From the human T2T-CHM13v2.0 reference genome, Homo sapiens, in assembly GCF_009914755.1 (NCBI RefSeq), contig NC_060938.1: DNA of 64,000 nucleotides. One strand, written 5' to 3'. Made by a program: the position numbers and the translations under genes. Shown piece after piece: positions 33,295 to 50,042 of the stretch. How positions within the stretch are numbered: position 1 is the stretch's first letter; the number at the start of each line of letters is the position of its first letter. The notes beneath the pieces were generated by a model that searched no databases, had not been told where the DNA came from, and saw only the letters and a program-made list of their open reading frames with translations.

Positions 33295-34445
33295 GTTTAG
33301 GGCATAGACCCCCAAATTGATTCTTATCTAACAATTCACCTGGCTTGTAAAACACAAGGAAGCTTTTGTAAATTGCTTACATTTGTTGTTGTTGATGTTT
33401 AACTTCCATTTCCCCCCCTACATTGCCTATACACCCTCTCTCCAGAGATCTTTCTGTTGGCCCTACTCACTCTCCCTAATTCAGCACCCAGAGTAGATCA
33501 GATGTTTCAAGAACTGGGTGTCTTTCCTGCCCAAAGAAAACATTGGAAAACATTTATTTTGATTTAAAAAGATGTTTCATAATCATACGGATGTGCGATT
33601 TAGACAGAAAAAGATAGTGAATCATGAAATATTTTTAATACCCTAAATGTATTTGCAACTGTTTTTTGCCAAATCTTACCATGTGTACTTTAAATATTCT
33701 CCAGCATCTGCAATGAAATTTCTGTTTGACTAGTAGGAACAGCTATCTGACTATACAGGGTTCGATTTTCTGTGGGGAAACCACTTGGGGTGGTGTTTCT
33801 ATCAAGTCATCAGGAAAGGACACAGGCTCCTGGCTTTCAGCCTTTTGGGTGTAAGGCCTTTGTCCCCAAATCCACAGGAGCTCCAGCCTAGTTGTCTGCA
33901 AGAGGAGGGGAAAGGAAAACAGGCAAATGAGACTTTCTGGAATCTCTACTCATTGACTTCTACTTGAAACTCCTTGGCCACTGCTATCTTCAAGGGAGGC
34001 TCAAGTGTGGTGTTTAAATGGGCACTTTGCCAGCCCAAATAAAATGATACTTCTATCGCTAAAGAAGGGGAGCGGAGTGGAAACTGAGTTTGAAAAAGTT
34101 GACTTTCTGCCATCAAATACAACTTTTATTTTTTAAGTCATGAATCTGCCTAACCATCTTGCCAAAATTTAGAGTGAAGGGTGTTATTTAAGAGTATTTT
34201 AAAGAAATATTTCAGCTTTCGACAAATTATTTCCCAGGTCATTTCTATGCTTTTGTAAAATTCTTAATGCACCATTATTACTTTCCAATAAGTAATCTTT
34301 TAAATCTATAAATATTATTCAGGGTTTAAAAATAGAACAGGATTGATATTACGTGCTACAAATTAATAAATTTTTTCATGCTTCTTCTAAAGGCGCATGT
34401 TTTAGAAATATTTATGTAAAATTATCCGGTCTTTCTTTCTCACAG

Positions 34446-34591
34446 AGGCCCTTCTTTAGATAGAACTCTTGAAAGCTCTCTCCCTAGCATGTTAAGAACT
34501 GCTTTGGGTAGCTACGCTGATTCAGTACCAAATTCTGCCATAATCTTCTGATGGCACGGTGGTCTTTCTTCCCTCTGGATTTTTCTGCCTG
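34446..34591 (+). other. Candidate 146-nt non-coding or cryptic exon
   Basis: Acceptor ctttctttctcacag and donor CTG|gtaagt. Splice motifs only. Confidence 0.3.
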
Positions 34592-34725
34592 GTAAGTTCT
34601 CTGCATGAAAAGTTCTGCTTACTCCTCTTCAACCTGGAAACTTCTTTTGATCCTTCAGGTTTCACGTCTTCTGCTCAGCCTTCTTTTCACATGCGTGCTG
34701 TTTTCCCTCCCCTCCCCATCACCTT

Positions 34726-34779
34726 CTGACTGGTTTAGTGGCTCAGGTGCTCCTGGCTGGTTTAGTGGCTTAGGTGTTC
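34726..34779. repeat. 27-bp tandem duplication
   Basis: ctgactggtttagtggctcaggtgctc / ctggctggtttagtggcttaggtgttc. Confidence 0.9.
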
Positions 34780-37089
34780 CTACTGAATGTTCCCTGGTCT
34801 CTGCCTACCGCATCATAGAGAGGAAGTTAAGCAGTGGTGATATGGAGAAAATGAGATAGTTCCTGTAAATACTCCAAACAGTGCCTGACTTCTCATAGGA
34901 AGCATGCATTCTGTATATCCATCATTTTTTCACATTGCATTGCAGTAACTTCTCTGCTTTTCTCAGTGATAAATTCTTGGAGGGCAGTTGCTATGGTGTG
35001 TTAGAGCTATTCCTGGCATCTGTGTATGGTGTATAGGGCATGGTAGGTACCCATTAAATATGTAATGAATGAGTGTGCATGGGTGAGCAGGAAGAGGAGA
35101 AAGGAAGACTACCTAGAGCTCTCCAGTGTCCACTTTCACTCTGCTCAGCTCTTGGGGACATGAGGAAGTGAGATCTGTGGATCCCAGAGGTAAAGAATGA
35201 GGTGAGGAACAGCAGTTTTTCACCATGCTTTGTTTTATTGAATGAGCTGGACCTCATGCAGATACCAGGGCATAATTGAGAGCTATAATTATTTGTCATT
35301 GGAAGACTCATTGTAGGAGATCTGTATTCATTTGCTCAAGTTGTCATTTAACACTTGAATATCTGCTATATGCTGGGTTCTAGAGCTGCAAAAGAGAACA
35401 AGAGTAGTCTTTACCTTTAGGATTTTCCAGGGAACTGGGGGAGACAGACAGATACATACACATACACCCCATCCTCAGTGTGTAGGTGCCATGACAAATC
35501 AAGGCTTTTGATGCAGATGCTATGCTTTCACTTCTCATGGTCGATACTTTTTGAATCTTAAAGTCTGATTGTTCAGATATCTAGAAAAGGAGATGTCTGG
35601 CTTTGCTCTGCCCTCTGACTCACTGTGTTGGTTTATCTTTAGGCGTGGTGGAGGGGGCCAGAACTACTGGCTAATGAGAGAAGGCAGACCTTGTTAGTGA
35701 CATGTACAAATGGGCACATCTGCTATATTCACTTTCATTACTGATTATTAATAGTTTATTAAATGGAGTTTACTGAATTACTATTATTTTGGCTTAAAAT
35801 ATATATATATAATTTATGTAGTTCTATGTTTATAGATGTGTTTTCAGAGGTGTATTTGTTTTAGAATTTCACTCTGTCCTGGAAGTGATTTTTCAAATGT
35901 GGATATTAAAATGGATAGGACATAATTTCCCAACTAGTACAGTATGCTAGTGCCAACCTTATACCACTGTTGTAGTACCCATGAAAAATAATTTTTAAAA
36001 AGCTGTAAAAGTTCCCAGTGCTTTGAGGCTTCTTCAAAATTGAGAATGATGAAAATTTCCAAAATTATCAGTTGATGCCATAATTATCTCTAAGAGATGT
36101 TGTAATAGGAAATTCATGGTTTTCCTTTATTTTCCTGTTTCTGAACACAAAATTCAAAAGAAAACTCTTTCTTCCTTGTCACTGAGACTCTTGGTCAGTG
36201 TAGGCTGTGAACTTGTACTTTGTGAAGAGAAGAGTACTGTGAGGAAGCTTGAAAATACTGTAGGTTTTTGTTGGCATCTTCTTCTGGATGGTATTCATGT
36301 ACTCTGCACGCCACTGAAAATATGCTCTGTTTTTCATAAAATATGCTCATTCTTTTATACTGAGCACTCGGAAATTGGTTTTCCCAAACCATCTTAGTGG
36401 AGAATGGCCTGCTTTTATCAGTTATGTGAAGAAGTAAATTCCAGGCTCCTCAGCTGCAGGATGGCTCCTTGTTCACAGCTGCTGCTCTTGCCTCTGTGGA
36501 AGACGCCTGCTGCTAAGAGAATCTTTGTGTGTTGTGTATAAAATGAACTTTGTTTGGACCATTCCACAAGCAACTTAAACTGCTTAGGAGTCCAGCCAGA
36601 CATTCCTCCCCAGTTGATCATTTAAATGGAGGTCAGATTTAGAACCCAACTTATATTCGTTTAAAAATAGACATTGCCTTTAGAAAACTGACCTTTGGTA
36701 CATTTGGGGCCTAGGGATCTGATAGGCTATCTCTTATGATGCACATCGCTCTGTTTTAGACTCTGAAAGGCAGTATGCCTTTGAAGCTAGATAACGTCAG
36801 TGTGCTTGTAACTTGGGACCCAGTCTGTGTGCTATATGTCTGCTTCTTCAGTCCACACTCATTACTTCCAGGAAATTCGTGAGAAGATGAGAGATTATTC
36901 GTTATAGAATTGAGTATGGTTTCTCTACACTAATTTTATTGGATATTTTCCAGTTTGACTAGGAAAGGTTAGAGAACATGGAAAGAAAATTTAACAGGTT
37001 AATTTTAAGGTAATAAGACCATTGTATTGATATATTCTTCAGTGTGATTTAGGTGAGTCAGGAATTTTTCCTCTGGAGACTGCCTAAAT

Positions 37090-37331
37090 CAGGGATGTCC
37101 AATCTTTTGGCTTCCCTGGGCCATACTGGAAGAATAAGAATTGTCTCAGGCCACGCATAAAGTACACTAACACTAATGATAGCTGATTAGCTTAAAAAAA
37201 AAAAAAGAAAAAAAGAAAAATTGCCAAAAAATCTCATAATGTTTTAAGAAAGTTTATGAATTTGTGTTGTGCCGCATTCAAAGCTGTCCTGGGCTGCATG
37301 TGGCCTGCGGGCTGTGGGTTGGACAGGCTTG
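37090..37331 (+). mobile_element. MER30 (hAT-Charlie) MITE
   Basis: cagggatgtccaatcttttggcttccctgggcc...ggttggacaggcttg with central A tract. Confidence 0.85.
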
Positions 37332-39011
37332 TAAATGTTATTAAACCTACAAATGAGAAAGGTAAGACTAGTGGCAGCTCTCACGGGGCTGGAAGTCAGT
37401 TTATCATATGTTGCAACTTAACATTATTCATTTATGCAAGTGAATAATCAGTTATCAAAATATGGAGGGATTCTTTCAAGCCTCATTTATCACACACAAG
37501 TCTAAGGTTTACATAGAATGTGTTAAACAGATATGTTAATAGGGTAAGATTGGAGTAGAGAAGGTTATTGCTAACTTTTTAATAATCAGAGAAGTGAACA
37601 TATATTGAGCTTGCATAGATATAGTTAAATTATTGCCTAAAATTTCAACTAAAATTGAAACAAAGTGGTAATAAGTTATTTTGATTTCATTAAAAAATAA
37701 CCTTGAAGGACAATATTTTTTTTTCTTCATGATTTAACAGTGTTACTTAAGCATTTATTTTGATGTAGGAAAACCTGTATTTATTTCTGGGCACCACTTT
37801 TCTTGTAGTCTTAATGATTATCATCTTAACCAACACCTTTGTGTAATAGTTTCCTTGAGGCTGATGATACCTTTTAATGGTGTCAGTGCTTAACATTATG
37901 TCTTTTTGGTACTTTTCAGCAACACAAAATTATAAATTATTTTGTGACTAACTGTGTCTAAATTTTTTTTTACATCAAAATAAGTATTTTTAAAAAAGAA
38001 AATGTGGGTTTTTAAACTTGTATTTTATTTATAAGAGGATGTATTGTCCATGTTATTATAATAATTGATGTGTTTCCAACAGAGGACCTCTGTGAATATT
38101 TTTGCATTGCCCACACAGGTGATGTGTGAACATCTCCAAGATTGTTGTGCCATTAACTAGCTCCTACAAAGTGTCATACAGCAACATTATTTGAAACACT
38201 TGTGGAAACATTTGGAAGCATTTATCATTTTTTCTTTGTTGTATACCCATTTGAACAAAAGCAAAGTAATTGCTTACAATAGTTATTTTTTCATAATAAC
38301 ATAAATGCTGAATCTATAAAAAGTAGAATTTCTTTATAAAGATGACCTTAAGTTTTAGCTACCTGATATCGTACATACATCGTAGAGAACATTTTCAAAG
38401 GTAGGGGTTTAATAGGAATGAAGATGCCTGTTCCTGATACTGGGAAGTTTGCTTATTTAACTTAGTAGCAATGATATTTATCATATCCTAATATTTTATA
38501 ATGCTCTGTATATCACTGAGTGCTTAAGTAGTTACCCTTTTTAATCCTCAGAGTCCTCCCTTCAAACAGACAGGATGTCGATATTTAAAAATAAAAAGAA
38601 ATTAAATTCACCTATTAATATATTTCTAACTCATTGGAAAGGAAATGTCAACTACCAGTTGATTTTCAAGAGTCTCTTTAATTTCAGTTTTGTTTTTCCT
38701 TCATTACAGCAGGATACTCAAGCAAACTGAATGTGGCTCTTGGAAACTCTGAGCTATCTTTGGGTTCAGTTCTCTGAAGTTTAAATTACAGTTGTTCCTT
38801 TTGGTGATCATCATTCATTCCTCTTTTTCCCCTTGAGCCCCTTCTATGTGTCAGGCCTAGGTTCTGGGGACAGTATATCTCCAAACTGACATTGTACTTA
38901 TCTTCATGGAACTTAATGGCTTAGTGGAAGAGAAATGAAACAAATATGGACATATGAACTGTAATCAGTGCTCTAGAAGCAATATAAGCAGTAGTATTAG
39001 GGAGCAACCTG

Positions 39012-39236
<225 letters not shown>

Positions 39237-39250
39237 TTAATGTTTTATTT

Positions 39251-39253
<3 letters not shown>

Positions 39254-39308
<55 letters not shown>
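39254..39308. repeat. (CA)n microsatellite, uninterrupted
   Basis: Direct observation. Confidence 0.97.
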
Positions 39309-39311
<3 letters not shown>

Positions 39312-40140
39312 CTTCCCCCGCCCCCCCACATGAAGAGTTGGCATTTGTAGGCTACATTTTCAGTAAATTGTAAATGAAGAGAATTATGAGAATTTACCTG
39401 ATAATCCTCATTTATTATAGTTCGGGTTGTGCGTGTGTGGGAAAAATGCTGTCCTGTTTCTGCTAATCCAAGTCTGTCAGCACCATCTCCCCTCTGTCAC
39501 CTAATGATTTGACTGTATTTCAACCTGTGTAATGGCGAGGCACCACGGTAGCTAGCATTGGCCGAGATGCCTGTCCTTGACAACAAGGTCTTTGTTTGGC
39601 TGTGTTGGGAAATATTGGCTACTACCAGGGCTGAGTGCAAAGAGGGTGGTATAGTAACTCAGTTTTTCGTGCTAGCAGCCTGATGGCACAGTTACAGCAA
39701 GGATTTGGCAGGAAGGAGCAAGTGTGGATTGCTTGAAGTTTCAAGGGGAGATGAGGCAGGAGAGAATTTAGAACTGTGGTGTTGTTTTTATTAGTTTAGA
39801 AGTTTTAATCTTCAATATAGCCGTGTTTTTTTCCAACAGCATAAAGGGTCAGCTTGATGCCCTGTTAAAAAAGAGCCAGAAGTGGGGTTTACAGGTGACA
39901 ATTTTAGTGTGTTCCTTTTCTTTAAGAAAAATCTTTGATTCTGAAAGAGCTTGACAGAGCTGTTTAATAGTGTGGACATCTGTTGAGGCAGATAGCAGTT
40001 TTCTGGATATAGGTCATGTTAATATAAACTCTGGATATAAACAACCTCTGCTGTCTGCTTCAGACTTGAAGACTGTGTGATAGGACCAGGCCCGTGCGGT
40101 AGCTCTTTAGTGGTCAGAATATTTGTGAGTGAAAGCCGCT

Positions 40141-40887
40141 CTTATTTTTCAGAGACAGGAGCTCACTCTCTCGCCCAGGGCACAATTATGGTTCACTCCA
40201 GCCTCAATCTCCCAGGCTCAAGCGATCCATCTCAGCTTCCCAAGTAGCTGGGACCATGGGCATATGCCACCATGCCTGGCTAGATTTTTTTTTTTTTTTT
40301 AATGTAGGGATGGGGTCCACTCTATTGCCCAGGCTGGTCTCAAACTCCTGGGCTCAAGCAATTCTCCCACCGTGGCCTCCCAAAGTGCTGGGATTATAGG
40401 CATGAGCCATTGTGCCCAGCCAGTAAATGGCATTTTCATACATTTACCTCCTTTTTTGTTGTCCCGGAAGGCAGAATCTGGGATCTCTTTTACTTATGTA
40501 ACTGTTCTCCAATTTCCAAATCAATTTATATCGAAAGAATATATCTGTGGTGCCTGCCCCTTTATCCCTCCCCCAAAACATAGGTATTTATTTTTTTAGA
40601 GACAGGGTCTTGCTCTGTCACCCAGGCTGGAGTGCAGTGGTGTGACTGTAGCTCTGTAGCTTTCTGCAGCCTTGAACTCCTGGGCCCAAGCAATTTTCCT
40701 GCCTCAGCCTCCTGAGTAGCTAGGACTACAGGTGCCCAAACCCTCCACGCCCCCAGTTTTTTTTATTTTTGGAGTGATGGGGTTTCACCATGTTACCCAG
40801 GCTGGTGTTGAATCCTGGGCTCAAGCAGTTTTCCCCATTCACCCTCCCAAAGTGCTGGGATTACGGGTGTGAGCTATTGCACCTGGC
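40141..40887 (-). mobile_element. Two AluJ (40141-40421 and 40585-40887)
   Basis: Alu dimers. Confidence 0.88.
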
Positions 40888-42004
40888 GAAAGTAGTTGTT
40901 GAAGAACTACTTGGGCAGATGGGAGGTCTTGTTTTACTGCTATGTTTGTGAACAATACAAATTCAATTATTTTTGTGGATGTGACTTCTAGAGAAACAAT
41001 TAAATTGATTAACCAGAGTGACTGAGGAGACTTTCATTATGTTTCTCCAAGGACATAATGTTGAACAACAAAAAAAGTATTTTGACAAAGTATCATCACC
41101 AAAGTATCCCTCATCAGAATATATAGCACAGGCTGGAAACTTGGATTATTGTTTCTTACCTAAAAGCAGTCAGTGGAACAAAGGTTATGTATGTTCTGTT
41201 AGCAGTGAAGCTGATACTATAAAGTCTATATGATTTTATTCAAATGGATTAAGAAAATTAACGTGTGTTTATATTTGGAAAACGTCAGATATTTTATGAA
41301 TAAATTTTAATTCAGCAAATATTTGTTTTTATTACTCCTTAAAGGATAGATTCAGCATTTTGTTTGTTTTTTAATATTATGAAGGAACTTTATACTCCTG
41401 ATCACTGATGATGTGGGCAGGCCAGCCCGAAGGGACTCCGTGGTTCAGTCTTTACCATGCAATAGCACAGGGGCTTTTGCTTTTAAACATGAGTTCTCTG
41501 ATTGGGTAGTGCTTGTGTGAGTATTGAAAAATCTCTACAATTGAGGCTTTGGAAGGTTATCAGTTTTACACCTTCTTGTCCTATTCAGATGCCTTTAATT
41601 TTTGTTCTGTTTTATTTTGTTTTGCCTTCTTGTAACAGTTAGAATCTTCATTGGATTGTTGAATAGAAATGGTGACAGTGGACGTCCTTGTTTTGTTCCT
41701 GATGTTAGAGGGAAAGCTTTCAGTCTTTTACTGTTGGTATGATGTTTGTTCAGGCTGAGGAAGTTCCCTTATGTTCCTGGTTTACTAAGGCTTTTTTTCT
41801 TTTTCTTTTTAAATCATTAGTGGTGTTGAATTAAATTTTTCAAGTGCTTTTTCTGTATATATTGATATAATCGTGTGGCTTTTTGTCCTTTATTAATATG
41901 TTGTATTAAATTAATTGACTTTTGGAGGTTATAATAATTGATTTTTGGATGTTAAACCATACTTGCTAAGATGAATCCCGTTTGGTCATAGTATCTAATT
42001 GAGA

Positions 42005-42525
<521 letters not shown>

Positions 42526-43253
42526 ACAGAGGATTTTTTAATTGAGAATTTTTGTTTGTAAATTCTTGAGGAATATTGGTTCATTGTTTTCTTATTTTGT
42601 AATGCTCTTGTCTGGCTTTAGTATTGTGGTAATATAAAATGAGCTGGGAAGTGTTGTCTCTTTCTCTGTTTTCTAGAAGAGTTCGTGAAGAATTGGCATT
42701 GTTTCTTTATGTATCTGATAGAATTCCATGGTGAAGCCATCTAGTCCTGGTATTTTCTTTTTGGGAAGATTTTTAATTAGTAATTCAATTTCTTGTTTTA
42801 GGTATATTGAGATTTTCTGTTTCTTCTTGAGTTGGTATTGGTTATTTATGTCTCTCTAGGAATTTGTCCATTTAATCTAATTTGTCTAATTTGATGGCAT
42901 ACTGTTTTTATATTTTCTTTTATATATTTAAAATATATTTATATTTTATACTGTAGGGTCAATAGTGATGCTCCCTCATTTATTCCTGATTTTGGTAATT
43001 TTGGGGGGGATAATTTTCTTTTTTTCTTGGTCAATCTAAATAAAGCTTTGTCTATTTTATTTACTTTTTCAAAGAACCAGCTTTTGGTTTTATTGACTTT
43101 TACTGTTTTTCTGTTTTCAGTTTCATTGGGTTTTGCTCTAAACTTTAACTTCTTTCTTTTGGCTTGCTTGGGGTTACTTTACTGTTTAGTTTCTTAAAGT
43201 GAAGACGATTGAGATCTTTCTTATTTTCTAAAATAGGTTTAAGTTTAAAGCTA

Positions 43254-43810
<557 letters not shown>

Positions 43811-44385
43811 TGTATTAATGATGATAATAAATATATTTCTTAATTTTGCTTGTGATTTTTTTTTTCTTTGACCCATGGGTTGTTTGGATGTTATTGTTTG
43901 ATTTTCAAGTATTTGGAGATTTCTCAAATTTCTTTTGATTGTAGATTTTAATTCTTTGTGATCAGCAAACATATTTTATATTATTTCAATCCTTCTAAAT
44001 TTGAGACTTGTTTTGTGACATTGCAAATGGTCTAACCTGGACCTTAAAAAGAATGTGTATTCTGCTGTTGTTGGATGAAGTTTTCTATAGATGTCAGTTA
44101 AGTCAGTATGGTTAATTATACTGTCTAGTGTTTATACCCTTGCTGATGTTTTGTCTGGTTATTCTGTCAATTATTTAGAGTGGAGTTTTGAAGTCTTCAA
44201 TTATTAATGAATTGTCTCTCTCAGTTCTGTTTCATTTGTTTTGGTGCTCTGTTGTTAGGTTGCATGTAGGTTTTTAATTATTATATTTCACTGATGACCC
44301 TTTTATCATTATAAATTGTCCCTCTTTTTCTCCAGTAATGTTTTTATCTTAAACTAAAAAGAGAATCCTTTAAAAATGATCCTGG

Positions 44386-44697
<312 letters not shown>

Positions 44698-46705
44698 ATC
44701 CTACAGTTTTATTTATTTTTATTACAATGGGGTCTTGCTATATTGCCCAGGCTGGTCTTGAACTCCTAGACTCAAGGGATCGTTCTTCCTTGGCCTCCCA
44801 GAATGCTGGGGATTACAGATGTGAGCCACCACACCTGGCCCATACCGTTCTAAATGATCATACACATATACAATCCCAGGAATTTAAATACATGTATGGA
44901 TTTTTGTGACTTTCATTATAATAAAGATTCAGAAGAGTTTTGTAACCCCCTAAAACTCCCTCATGCTACCCCTTTATAGTCACCTCTTTGCCTACCTATA
45001 ATCTCTGGCAACCACTGATCTGCCATCCATTCCTGTAGTTTTTTCTTTTAAAGAATGTCACTTAACTTAATAAATTGGGATGTTATATAAGTGGAGCCAT
45101 ACAGTATATAATCTTCCAAGACTAGCTGCTTTCACTAAGCTTGCCTTTGAGATTCATCCAAGCTGTTGCATGTATCAGTAGTTGCTTTTTATTTCAGGAT
45201 ATTCCATTGTGTGGATATACCAATTTGCTTATACAATCACCTGTTGAAGGACACTTGAGTTGTTGCCAGTTTTGAGTGATTGTGAATAGAGCTGCTATGA
45301 ACATTTGTGTCCAGATTTTTCTGTTAATGTAAGCTTTCATTTCTCTAGGATAGATGCCCAGGTGCATGATTTCTGAGTCATAGGGTAAGTGCTTTATGAG
45401 AAACTGCCAAACCACTTTCACGAGTGACTGTATCATTTTTCGTTCTCACCAGCAATGTTGGAGAGTTCTCATTTCCCATTCTTGCCACTACATGGTATTG
45501 CCAGCATTTTAAATTTTGGCCATTTTAATAGGTGTGAGTGGGATCTTCTTATGACTTTAATTTGCATCTCCCTAATGGCTAATGGTGGTTTCAGACATCT
45601 TTCATGTATTTGCTATCTTTGTACCTCTTTGGTGGAGTGTCCTCTTTAAGCTTTAAATTTGCTATGTTAACCTTTTCTGAGAAATCTTATTTTAGGTACA
45701 CTTAAAAATACAATCTTTTCTTGATAACAAAGTCATTGTATGAACTGTAATTTTCATATGGGTTTGAAATTACAGGGAAGCTAGCAATGACTATTGAGTG
45801 GTGTAAGGCTGCTTATGTCTCTTTCAGGCATTCCTTTTCTGCTGTTAGCATGCCTGATTCTGGCAGTGCTTCCACTTCCATTCGGTTTTTGGTTTACTGC
45901 TTTTATGAAATGATCATGAATAAGGCTATAAGAATCATGTTTGAAAAAAAATAGTGAAGTGCTTCTCAGTAAATTCCCCAAGAGCTCTTCTCTAAGGAAA
46001 GTACATAAACTCTGTAACATCTGTTTTAGTGCTCCTCCAAACTGGGGGCCCTGAAATTCATCTGAGGAGTCTGTGAGTGTGAATCTGTGTGTGCAGTGAG
46101 CATTGTCTATGAGCTGAATAAACAGTATTCCATGCAGTACATATTCTACTATTTTCAGAATTATATGGATGCTGTTGAACAATCTTGAGTTTGGGTAGTT
46201 TTTGTTTTTTCTTTATGTAATTTGCCTACCAACTCTTTTGCTGCTTTTTCTAGTCCGTGATGTGGTGAGTAGAATTTTTCAGATGGAGCTTTCTTGATAA
46301 GTGAGGTATTACTGTTTGTGACTAGTCAGGACAGGATGAAGTAGGCTTTTTGTTTGTGCTGTTTAACCATAGGTTATCAAATGTTCTTTACAAGGCTTAT
46401 ATTAATTTATTAATTTTTGATGATGTAGTATTGCATACTTTTGCTGAAAAGCATTTTGGGAAAATTAGGATACTTCAGATTCTTCAAATGATAGGGTTTA
46501 TATGATTTGTCATTAACACTAATCTAACAAGTGACAAGAAAAAGTATATTCCTCAAGTTGTTATTGCATAAAAGAAACATTTAAATCATGGTTTGCAGGG
46601 TTGATTCTTTCCCACATTCATCAAGTCATTTTGATGCTTTTATTATAAATAAAACTTGATTAGTAGATTGTTAGTTTAATCAAAGATTATAAAAATAGAA
46701 AAGGA

Positions 46706-46843
46706 GGTGGCACGTGCCTGTAGCTACCTGGTAGGGTGAGGTGGGAGGATCACCTGAGCCTGCGGAGGTTGAGGCTGTAGTGGGCTATGATCGTGTCACT
46801 GCATTCCAGCCTGGATGACACAGTGAGACCCTGTCTCAAAAAT
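46706..46843 (+). mobile_element. Alu right arm
   Basis: 5'-truncated, TSD agaaaagga. Confidence 0.8.
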
Positions 46844-47609
46844 ATGTATATATCTATACAGAGAGAGAAAAGGAAACTCTTCCTATGTATGTAATTTATA
46901 TAAGCACAACATCTGCTTGCGTATTGTTGACCAGATTTTTTCTCAAGTTTTTAAAGTACTTTGCTGCTTTGCATGCCTCATCCTGTCAAGCAAGTTCTTG
47001 TTTAAGGAATATGTAATTGTATCATAATATGGTAATTTGTTATGCAAATATCATATCTTAAATTATCAATCTAACAGCTTTATTTTCCTCAGTTATTTTT
47101 GGTTCTCATTTCAGGATGTGAAATAGGATAGCAATAGAAATTAGCAAAAGGAAAAAAAAGGTGATTGATGTGCTAAATAATCATTGCCCTAATTTTAGTA
47201 ATGAGATATTCAGGGGTGTAATTTGTTTTGGGGGGCTTTTTTGATTTGTTTTGTTTCACATTACTTAGATTCTCAGTTTCTTCATGATATTAAAGCAAAA
47301 CCTGTCTTTAAGAGCCACTGTGCAAAATTGTTTGAATGAGAATAGAAATTTAAAATCGTTTAATTGAGAAGGAGGTCATTGATATGTGTCCCACCAGAAA
47401 CCAGAGATTCAGTTCCTAACCATTTTTCACTAAAATAAGCCCTAAGGTTCTTTTTTATTGAGCAATTATGCCAAATTTGTTAGAAATTAAAATCTTTGCA
47501 TAAACTTCTTTAAAATATCTATTATAAACATGCTAATATTAGTTGAATTAGTCTAAACATTCCTTTTTTTGACATTTGGACGTAGTGTTTGAGTGTCATT
47601 GAGATTAAC

Positions 47610-49220
<1,611 letters not shown>

Positions 49221-49234
49221 AAAAATTAATTGAA

Positions 49235-49550
49235 GTCTGGGCACAGTGGCCTCATGCCTGTAATCCCAGCACATTGGCAGGCCAAGGTGGGAGGATTGCT
49301 TGATTTCCAGGAGTTTGAGACCAGCCTGGGTCTCAAACCATGGCGAAACCCCGTCTCTACAAAATAAATAAATAAATAAATAATACAAAAATTAGCTGAG
49401 CATGTTGGCATGTGCCTATAGTCCCAACTGTTCGGGAGGCCGCGGTGGGAGGGCCACTTGAACCCGGGAAGTAGAGGCTGCTGTGAACTGCCAGTACACT
49501 CTACCCTGGGCGACATAGTAAGACCCTGTTTCCAAAAAAAAAAAAAAAAA
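49235..49550 (+). mobile_element. AluJ with internal inverted insertion
   Basis: See findings. Confidence 0.88.
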
Positions 49551-49737
49551 TCTTCATTGAACATAGCTTTTTTTTTTTTTTCTTCTGTGTGTCATATTGT
49601 AGCCTGGTATGCTAACAAGTAATTAGAATTCTTCAGTATTAGCCATGGTTGTTCTTAAAAACCATTTTACCTTCATGGACTGATGCTTTTATTTGGCTAT
49701 TTTGGTTTTACTATCATGAGAGCCTTTGAGATACTTG

Positions 49738-49774
<37 letters not shown>

Positions 49775-49775
49775 T

Positions 49776-50042
49776 TTGAGACAGAGTCTCGCTGTGTTGC
49801 CAGGCTGGAGTGTAACCTCCGCCTCCAGGGTTTAAGTGATTCTCATGCCTCAGCCTCCCGAGTAGCTGAGACTACAGGCACATGCTACCATGCCTGGCAA
49901 TTTTGTGTGTGTGTGTGTGTGTTTTTAGTAGAGACAGGGTCTCACTATGTTGGCCAGGCTGGTTTCAAACTCCTGGCCTCAAGTGATCCACCCGGCTCAA
50001 CCTCCCAAAGGGATTACAGGCATGAGCCACCATGCCCAGCCT
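49776..50042 (-). mobile_element. Alu with A(n)(AT)n tail region
   Basis: Alu dimer with small deletions. Confidence 0.88.

Noticed and set aside
38083-38118. Small AG...GT interval (similar ones near 38710 and 47115)
   Set aside because: Weak or missing donor sites, at the background frequency of such motifs.
45781-46182. 133-aa minus-strand ORF
   Set aside because: Non-ATG start, no recognisable domain, antisense to the inferred host, and length compatible with chance.
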